From an uncultured Methanosarcinales archaeon (GTDB taxonomy: Archaea; Nanobdellota; Nanobdellia; Woesearchaeales; 21-14-0-10-32-9): a stretch of DNA of 64,000 nucleotides. Shown piece by piece: positions 21,268 to 28,043 of the stretch. Position numbers and translations under genes: made by a program. Location of the stretch: contig CAZJQL010000001.1 in the NCBI GenBank assembly GCA_964548665.1, positions 5,462 to 69,461 on the forward strand, given 5' to 3'. Numbering within the stretch: the stretch's first letter is position 1; each line of letters starts with the position of its first letter. The notes under the pieces are model-generated. The model made no database searches, had not been told where the DNA came from, and was given only the letters and a program-made list of their open reading frames with translations.

Positions 21268-22159
21268 TTATTAGTTGTTTTGAGATTTCTTCAGAATTAT
21301 CAAAATAAGACGATAAAGCTGTTGTAATATTGCTTAACATGGAATCAGTTGCCAAATCTTTTAATGAAGGATTCTTTAAGGTATCTTCTATTTTTTGTTG
21401 ATTATCATGTATTTTTTTAAGATCTTTATCATTCATAAATCGTGATGCCAGAAATCCTATGTCTCCTGCAATGATAGGATCGACAATAGAAATCTGGCTT
21501 AAGGCTAATGCTTCTGAAATAGTCTGTATTGAGAATATATCCTCTATTTCCAGAACTTCTCCTATCGTTTTGTAGTTAGTTTCATAATCATAATCCTTTT
21601 TCCAATAGATATTCTTTAGGTCAATAACTGCAAGAAGACTTATTATGCATTTAGCGTTTTGATATTTCGAATATATCTCTTTTTCAAACCACTCCTCAAG
21701 ATCTTTTCGTGTGCTTAGATTTTTCGGCACTTTAGATGGCGGAATTATGCTTAATGCTCCACCAAGATTCTTAGATCCATAATTTTTCTCTATTTCTGTC
21801 TTTATGAATTTGAAATTCTTGCCATCAACTTTCTGATTGGCATATTGAAAAATGATTATAGGAAGAGGTTTTGAATATTTTTTAACTAAATTCTCTTTAG
21901 ATATTCCTTTTCTTTTTAAGGAAGTTATGACATAGCTATAATCTTTTTCAGTCTTCTCTTTGTCACTCAATGCTTCCTCTATTTTTTTATTCTTCGTCTC
22001 TACATCTTGTTTAAGATTCCTATTTTCTTCAATTAATAAGTCAATAAAACTCTGGTTTTGTATTTCTTGTTTTTTCTTTTTACTAAAAATTGAGATAATC
22101 TTATCTAGGACTTTACTTACAAACCACCCTATTATTGATTCTAACCACATCCTATTCAA
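21233..22159 (-). CDS. hypothetical protein: N-terminal TM helix, coiled coil, unknown C-terminal domain; between hsdM and the Mrr-TPR gene
   Basis: 308 aa; overlaps hsdM by 8 bp and the downstream gene by 35 bp (operonic). Confidence 0.4.
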   Translation of the reverse strand: MNRMWLESIIGWFVSKVLDKIISIFSKKKKQEIQNQSFIDLLIEENRNLKQDVETKNKKIEEALSDKEKTEKDYSYVITSLKRKGISKENLVKKYSKPLPIIIFQYANQKVDGKNFKFIKTEIEKNYGSKNLGGALSIIPPSKVPKNLSTRKDLEEWFEKEIYSKYQNAKCIISLLAVIDLKNIYWKKDYDYETNYKTIGEVLEIEDIFSIQTISEALALSQISIVDPIIAGDIGFLASRFMNDKDLKKIHDNQQKIEDTLKNPSLKDLATDSMLSNITTALSSYFDNSEEISKQLISEAKFWVERLC

Positions 22160-23669
22160 ACCCCATCTGCTCTAGGATTTTCTTGAGTTTTTCGTCAGCT
22201 TGTTTTCTTTCTTCTTCTGCTTCTCTTAACTGAACATATGCATCTTCAAGATCAAGTGTTTCATCAGTGCCATTCTGTGCAACGTATCGTGATGGAGAAA
22301 GGTTGTAGTCGTTCTTTGTTATTTCTTCAGCAGTCACTATTTTGCTTACTCCTTCCTCTTCTTTCCATTTCAAGTAGATTGATGCAATCTTGTCTACTGC
22401 TGAATCTGGCATGAAATTCTTTGGCCTTCCTTTCTCAAATAGCTTAGAGCCATTAATCAATAGAACTTTATTCTTGTGTTTCTTATCTTTATTTATGATA
22501 AGAATTATTCCTGGAGCAGTTGTATTATAGAATAGGTTTTCAGGCAATAATAGAACGGCTTCAATTATATCTGCTTCTATGAACTTCTTTCTTATGTCTC
22601 TTTCTCTGTTTGATCCTGCATTTCCTGAGCCACGAGATACTGCCCCTGTGTCTAAGACTACTGCTATTCTTCCTTTATTCTTTAGGGAAGCGAGCATATG
22701 TTGGACCCAACCCCAGTCTGCACTTGACGTTGTTGGATATCCGTAAATGAATCTTCCATATGCATCATTTTCGTAAGTGCTTTGAGGAAAACTGTCTTGA
22801 TTCCACATTGGATTAGCAACGACAATATCGAATTTACGCAAGTGACTGTCTGCTGTTGTGAATGCTGGCCTATTCATTGTGTCGCCAAGAGCTATATCTG
22901 CTTCCATATCGTGAATAAATGCATTCATTTTAGCCATAGCATAAGTTGTATGTAGGCTTTCTTGACCAAAGAATTTCAATGGTTTTACTTTTGTGTTGTC
23001 TCCATGTTTCTCTCTGAATCTCAAGAAACTCTTAATCAATAGTCCGCCTGATCCTAAGCAGGGATCGTATATTTCCTCTCCTTCTTTTGGGTCGAGAATG
23101 TGTGCCATAAGTATTCCTACTTCTTTTGGCGTATAGAATTCTCCTGCACTTTGCCCTGATCCTTCTGCGAATTTTCTTAAGAGGTACTCGTATGCTCTTC
23201 CTATTAAGTCTGGCTCAACATCTTTCTGACCAAGCCTATGTTTGTTTAATGTATCAATTAATGCTTTGATTTTATCGTCTGTGATTATTCTTTGGCCTGC
23301 AGCTGTTGCGTTGAAATCAACTATGTCTATGACTCCTTGCAGTTTAGGGTTTTCTCTTGCTATTGCTCTGACTGCGTCAGTAAGGTATTCTCCGAGTCTT
23401 GTGCTTTGTTTTATTATGTTTGACCATCTTGCATTTTCAGGAAGATAGAATCTTACGAGTGTGTGATCTTCTTCAACGAATTCTTTTGCAGTCTTTATGT
23501 CTTCATATTCTTCTGATAATTTTTGTATTTCATCGTCGAATACATCGCCAAGTCTTTTCAAGAATATAAGTGGTAAGATATAGTCTTTGTATTTTGGTGC
23601 GTCTATTTCCCCTCTGATTTTACACGCTGCTTCCCAGAGCCATCCTTCGAGTGTTTTGATATCTAGCAT
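22152..23669 (-). CDS. hsdM: Type I R-M N6-adenine DNA methyltransferase subunit
   Basis: 505 aa; HsdM N-terminal domain, SAM-binding motif I, catalytic NPMW (motif IV). Confidence 0.9.
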   Translation of the reverse strand: MLDIKTLEGWLWEAACKIRGEIDAPKYKDYILPLIFLKRLGDVFDDEIQKLSEEYEDIKTAKEFVEEDHTLVRFYLPENARWSNIIKQSTRLGEYLTDAVRAIARENPKLQGVIDIVDFNATAAGQRIITDDKIKALIDTLNKHRLGQKDVEPDLIGRAYEYLLRKFAEGSGQSAGEFYTPKEVGILMAHILDPKEGEEIYDPCLGSGGLLIKSFLRFREKHGDNTKVKPLKFFGQESLHTTYAMAKMNAFIHDMEADIALGDTMNRPAFTTADSHLRKFDIVVANPMWNQDSFPQSTYENDAYGRFIYGYPTTSSADWGWVQHMLASLKNKGRIAVVLDTGAVSRGSGNAGSNRERDIRKKFIEADIIEAVLLLPENLFYNTTAPGIILIINKDKKHKNKVLLINGSKLFEKGRPKNFMPDSAVDKIASIYLKWKEEEGVSKIVTAEEITKNDYNLSPSRYVAQNGTDETLDLEDAYVQLREAEEERKQADEKLKKILEQMGFE

Positions 23670-23681
23670 TTTGATTTACCC

Positions 23682-23819
23682 CTATTTCTTTTTGCGAAGA
23701 TCTTCTTCCATGAGTTTTTCGAATTGTCTTGAAACTATCCATCCTTCTTTTTTACAGAGCTCTCTGTATTTCTCATATAATTCAGAGTTTACCTTCAACG
23801 TGATGTTCTTTGTACTCAT
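23682..23819 (-). CDS. ribbon-helix-helix (CopG/Arc-like) small DNA-binding protein, first gene of the R-M operon (candidate controller)
   Basis: 45 aa MSTKNITLKVNSELYEKYRELCKKEGWIVSRQFEKLMEEDLRKKK: beta-strand then two helices. GAGGGGG SD. Ends 12 bp before the hsdM ATG. Not in the ORF track. Confidence 0.5.
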   Translation of the reverse strand: MSTKNITLKVNSELYEKYRELCKKEGWIVSRQFEKLMEEDLRKKK

Positions 23820-23968
23820 AAAACAACCCCCTCACTGGACATTTACACGCACATACTTATAAATGTTGCTATCGTGTAGAACACATTTCAGAATAAGTCA
23901 GGATTTACTTACCAAAAAGTGTCAATATTTAAGAAAATTTATAGAAGTCATAAGCAAAACATAGGACT

Positions 23969-24460
23969 TTATTCTCTTTTAGGTCCTTTCATTATTGCAT
24001 TACACCCATCACAAACTGGGGCTTGCTTAATTGCTACACTGACTGGAATCAGTTCTCTTTTATTACACCTAACGCATAGGCGATTAATAAGCGATGGATC
24101 TGGAGATCTGCTTTTAGGGAATACCTCATTCATTAATTCAAACGCTTTATCTTTGAAGAATGCATTAAAGCTTGTATGTATGGTTTTTTGTGTTTTATAA
24201 TTGCTCATTGAATCGGTTAGGTTCAAACACATTGGCTTTTTCTCGGCATAGAGTTCTGGCCAGTTCTCACGAAATTTGACATCATCTTCAGCATAAAAGA
24301 CACGAATTAAATCGCTCTCTTTCAATTTTATCGCAGTAGTTTCATCAGTTTTTGATAAATCAATGATTTGCAAGACTGCAATCTCTTTGAATATATTCAA
24401 AACATATCTTATGTGTTCTTCGTTCTTCCCGCCAATAATGGTTATTTTCTCGCTTAACAT
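23969..24460 (-). CDS. hypothetical protein with C-terminal CxxC...CxxC zinc ribbon
   Basis: 163 aa; C-terminal CVRCN...CDGCN; 1-bp gap to the ligase gene. Confidence 0.4.
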   Translation of the reverse strand: MLSEKITIIGGKNEEHIRYVLNIFKEIAVLQIIDLSKTDETTAIKLKESDLIRVFYAEDDVKFRENWPELYAEKKPMCLNLTDSMSNYKTQKTIHTSFNAFFKDKAFELMNEVFPKSRSPDPSLINRLCVRCNKRELIPVSVAIKQAPVCDGCNAIMKGPKRE

Positions 24461-24461
24461 T

Positions 24462-25259
24462 TTATTTGTCCTCCCTCACTCTTATTATTCTCGGAAATCT
24501 TAGTTTCTCAAAATCTCCTTTATTGAAAGATAGCTCAATTGTTGAGCCTATAGAATAATCTGCAGAGCTCATCACAGTCCCTGTTTTCTCGTTTTCTGAA
24601 ATATACTTGTAAACCCATGCTTTGTTGTCTTTTGTCTGTTTTTTCTCTATGATCTTGACGTCAATTGTTCGAATGGGTTTCATTTTAATCCAATTGAAGC
24701 GAGAATTTGGCTTGTAGCTTTCAAGATTCTTTATTACAATACCTTCAAATCCCGATTCTATAAGTTTCTTGTAAAGTCTTTCAACGTCGACGATTGTATT
24801 TGTAAATGTGTTTGGAACAATGTTTAAGCTATCATTCTCCTGGACAAAGAAATTGATGTGCTGTCTTCTTGTTACATAATCGGATTCAATCAAGCTGTTG
24901 CTATCAACTTCTAAGATGTCAAAAACAAAGAAGACAAATCTTTCATCGGAAAACAATTCTTTGGCAATTGCACGATGAGAACCTACAACTTTTCCTTTCT
25001 TTAATACGGCCATTTCACCATCAAGAATAATTCTTTCTGGAAGTATCCCCTTTCTAAGATCTTCTGCAATGGACTTATATCTGCTTGAATAATCCTTGCC
25101 ATTACGTGTAATGAGCTTTATTTCTGTTCCATTCTTTTCAAGAAGAATCCTTACCCCATCTATCTTAGGCTCTAAAGCAACAGCATCATTATTGTAGATA
25201 AAAGTTTCCACCTCTCCCTCTCCAACAAGCTGTGGCTTAAAGCTCGTCACATTTATCAT
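24462..25259 (-). CDS. minimal ATP-dependent DNA ligase (NTase + compact OB, 265 aa)
   Basis: Motif I EPKIDGVR, III LDGEMAV, IV EGIVIK, V WIKMKP, VI RFPRIIRVREDK; no DNA-binding N-terminal domain. Confidence 0.8.
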   Translation of the reverse strand: MINVTSFKPQLVGEGEVETFIYNNDAVALEPKIDGVRILLEKNGTEIKLITRNGKDYSSRYKSIAEDLRKGILPERIILDGEMAVLKKGKVVGSHRAIAKELFSDERFVFFVFDILEVDSNSLIESDYVTRRQHINFFVQENDSLNIVPNTFTNTIVDVERLYKKLIESGFEGIVIKNLESYKPNSRFNWIKMKPIRTIDVKIIEKKQTKDNKAWVYKYISENEKTGTVMSSADYSIGSTIELSFNKGDFEKLRFPRIIRVREDK

Positions 25260-25596
25260 CCTTCCTTACCTCCGACAAATCTGCATTTAATCTCTTGATG
25301 ACCCAACATCCTTGACCTTTAGAACTATGAGAACTCTTGAAGTATACCGCGAGAAGAGGAACAATATTGAACTCAATAGCCTTCTCAATTATTCCATGAA
25401 GGCCAGTCATTCTATAAACTACTTCTCGAGTACTTTTGACTTCCACCAAGAAAACCTCTTTTTTAGAGAATAATACTGCATCGCAGACAGAATATTGCCT
25501 TCTACCAGAAGCTGCAACTCTTTCTGTATGATATCCTTTATCTTTCATCATGTTGCAGAAGTCCCGTTCATATTGGAGATGACTTTTCAATCTCAT
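25237..25596 (-). CDS. hjc: Holliday junction resolvase Hjc (archaeal PD-(D/E)xK)
   Basis: 119 aa; GYHTERVAASG...CDAVLF...LVEVKST matches the Hjc E-D-E-K catalytic arrangement. Confidence 0.75.
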   Translation of the reverse strand: MRLKSHLQYERDFCNMMKDKGYHTERVAASGRRQYSVCDAVLFSKKEVFLVEVKSTREVVYRMTGLHGIIEKAIEFNIVPLLAVYFKSSHSSKGQGCWVIKRLNADLSEVRKDDKCDEL

Positions 25597-27115
25597 CAGA
25601 GATCACCTCCAATTCTTGCTCTGCAATCTCGCCAATCAGTTTAGCAATAGAAGATTTTCCGAGAACAACATCTTCGTGGCCTTTGTATTTTTCAAAGAGT
25701 TCTGTAAATCTTCTGAGTCTATCAAGCTCTAAATCCTTGTCAAACTTTATTCCTGCCTTATTGCAGAATGCTCTAAGAATATCAACTTTCTTCATCCATA
25801 AACAAAGAACACCTGCATGTTTTGCCCATTCGAAAAGCTGTTGTCCATTTGGATGATTCATAATCAAAACAGGCATTAATCTATGAGTTCCTGGAATAGG
25901 TTTCATGTCAAGAGATCTTCCATGAGACAAGCATCCAATCATAGAAGTGATGTATTTCTTTCCTGCACTTCCGAGATATTTTCCTTTCTTATCCCTCTTG
26001 ATTGAAACAGCAAATCCAAATATAGGAACTTTCAGCAATTGATCATAACAGAAAATCAAATAGTCTATTGGCTCAGAATCAAACCTCCAAACATCAACAA
26101 GCCTCTGCTCTTTCTCATTAGTATATCTCTTAATGTCGTTTGGATTAAACCAAGAAGGAATCCTCTTTGGAAAGTCCTTATTGAGTCGAATCTGCAGATT
26201 ATATCTCGAGATGAGATACATTACAAAGTAGAATATGGCTTGTTCTTCGAATCCATTTCCGAGAGTGGTCACATCCAATATACTTTTTACAACTTCTTCC
26301 TTATGCAGTTTAGGAGCCTGTTCGAGAACATAACTTTCAGGCATTGTTCTGTTGAAATAGTATCTTCTCTGCTTGAATGATACAACCTTAATCCAGCCGA
26401 CGCTGATAAACCTTACATCAAACCAACTTTTTATATCGCCATTAGTTACTTTGAATCGGTCCTTCATCATGTCAATATTATAGATATCATTGGACTGAGA
26501 AATGAGCAGGAAAGCACTTCTTACCTCTTTAGGCATAAGCTTCAAGATCTTATTATAGATGGCCAAATCATCTTTTCCGTAGACGTAGCCTGGTTTTCTG
26601 CCATGAATCATAGCATTGCCTGGCATCATAAAAGGACTTCTTTTGATGAGCTGCAACCTGATAAGATCATTCAGGCAGAAGTAAACATGATCATAATTCC
26701 CGTATTCCTTATAATACTCTTTTTCCCTCAATAAATAGAGAACTTCAGCAGTCGTATAGCCTTCTTCTGAAGACATCAACGCATCAAAGATTTCTTTTTT
26801 AATGCCTTGCAAGAACTCTTTCTCATCAGTTTTGCTATTTAGCTTCTGAATCTTCTGGTTGATATCATCCTGGCTCATGCCGTAAACAAAGACAGAACTG
26901 CACTTCCTGGCACTGCTCTGAGCCTTTTTCCTGCTCTTGATGATAAGATTGCCCTGCATGATCTGACGCAGGTAAGAAGAGATGTGGCAGTACCTGATGC
27001 CTCTGTCTTTGAAGGCGTCAAAAATCTCTTTTGTAGTAACTGCCCGTCTTTCCGTTATGAACTTATAAATCTGGAAAGTGATACTATTTTTGTCAAAAGT
27101 GATTTTATCGGCCAA
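25568..27115 (-). CDS. hypothetical 515-aa protein with two N-terminal winged-helix-like domains; candidate replication/initiator-type protein of unknown family
   Basis: No Walker A/B seen. 29-bp overlap with hjc (operonic). Confidence 0.35.
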   Translation of the reverse strand: MADKITFDKNSITFQIYKFITERRAVTTKEIFDAFKDRGIRYCHISSYLRQIMQGNLIIKSRKKAQSSARKCSSVFVYGMSQDDINQKIQKLNSKTDEKEFLQGIKKEIFDALMSSEEGYTTAEVLYLLREKEYYKEYGNYDHVYFCLNDLIRLQLIKRSPFMMPGNAMIHGRKPGYVYGKDDLAIYNKILKLMPKEVRSAFLLISQSNDIYNIDMMKDRFKVTNGDIKSWFDVRFISVGWIKVVSFKQRRYYFNRTMPESYVLEQAPKLHKEEVVKSILDVTTLGNGFEEQAIFYFVMYLISRYNLQIRLNKDFPKRIPSWFNPNDIKRYTNEKEQRLVDVWRFDSEPIDYLIFCYDQLLKVPIFGFAVSIKRDKKGKYLGSAGKKYITSMIGCLSHGRSLDMKPIPGTHRLMPVLIMNHPNGQQLFEWAKHAGVLCLWMKKVDILRAFCNKAGIKFDKDLELDRLRRFTELFEKYKGHEDVVLGKSSIAKLIGEIAEQELEVISDEIEKSSPI

Positions 27116-27244
27116 CGTCTATACCTCCAGAATTAGTAAGGAATAACCAATATAAAGCCCTAATTGGTAAGAAATATAGTAAGCTTAGTAAGAAAAGAAT
27201 AGAAAAAGAATTATAACAGGAAAACGCCCTAAATACCGAAGTAT

Positions 27245-27982
27245 TTAATCGTTATCGACTCTTGGTGCTAATATGAATTGTAGGCTTAACTTATCTTTTT
27301 CTAGGTATTCCAGAATTAAAGGATAGTCGTTGCTGAATTTTATTGTTGCTTTTGTTGCTAATTTTGATCCTTGCATCATTTTTTTTAGGTATTCTATTGA
27401 GTATTTGGATTTTTGTGTTGCTTCTGTTTCTATTTTCACTTGTTCATCTGGTTTTATTATTACTTCTGCTCTGTTTAGATCGCCTATCGAGGATATTATT
27501 AAAGATTCTTTGTCTGATTGTAGTATTACGCTTTCACCTACTATGTCCATGTCTTCTATTGCTTCGTTTAGAGTTGAGGACAATAGTTCTATTTTTGCTT
27601 TGGTTGTTAGTTGGGGTATTCTTTGTTGTCTTTCCTCTAAGTCTATTAGTGGAAGATAGAATGTTCTTGTTGTTTTTTCTTTCATAACTATTTTTAATTT
27701 ATTTTCTGTTTTTTCTATTGTGAGTTTGTCTGTAGGTTTTGTTCTTCTTAGTACTTGTTTTAGGTTATCTAGGTTTATTGCTATTGTTGTGTCTTCTTTT
27801 AATTCATATTCTGAGAACATTGTTGCTGGCATTTTGAATATTACCATTGCAACATTTGCAGGATCCATTGCGATTATTTCTATTTGATCTGGCGTTATTT
27901 TGAATTTTGTTTCTTTTACTAATTCGGAGATTATTGCTATGCTTTCTTTTAGAAATTTTGGTTCTGATAGGGTTAATTTCAT
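27245..27982 (-). CDS. pcn: PCNA sliding clamp
   Basis: 245 aa, two-domain PCNA pattern; N-terminal MKLTLSEPKFLKESIAIISELVKETKFKITPDQIEI. Confidence 0.8.
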   Translation of the reverse strand: MKLTLSEPKFLKESIAIISELVKETKFKITPDQIEIIAMDPANVAMVIFKMPATMFSEYELKEDTTIAINLDNLKQVLRRTKPTDKLTIEKTENKLKIVMKEKTTRTFYLPLIDLEERQQRIPQLTTKAKIELLSSTLNEAIEDMDIVGESVILQSDKESLIISSIGDLNRAEVIIKPDEQVKIETEATQKSKYSIEYLKKMMQGSKLATKATIKFSNDYPLILEYLEKDKLSLQFILAPRVDND

Positions 27983-28043
27983 TTATATCCTCCCTTTTTC
28001 TCTTGAAAAGGAACTTTATTTATATAGTTTTCTTTGATTTCGT

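Noticed and set aside
23836-23968. Short shared 8-mer (tgttctac) between the region upstream of the RHH gene and the duplicated promoter module
   Set aside because: Too short to distinguish from chance in an AT-rich genome; noted only as something a motif search could test.
27330-27687. Two overlapping plus-strand ORFs (109 and 114 aa) antisense to PCNA
   Set aside because: Leu/Phe-rich products of the AT-rich antisense strand; no start context; inside a confident gene.
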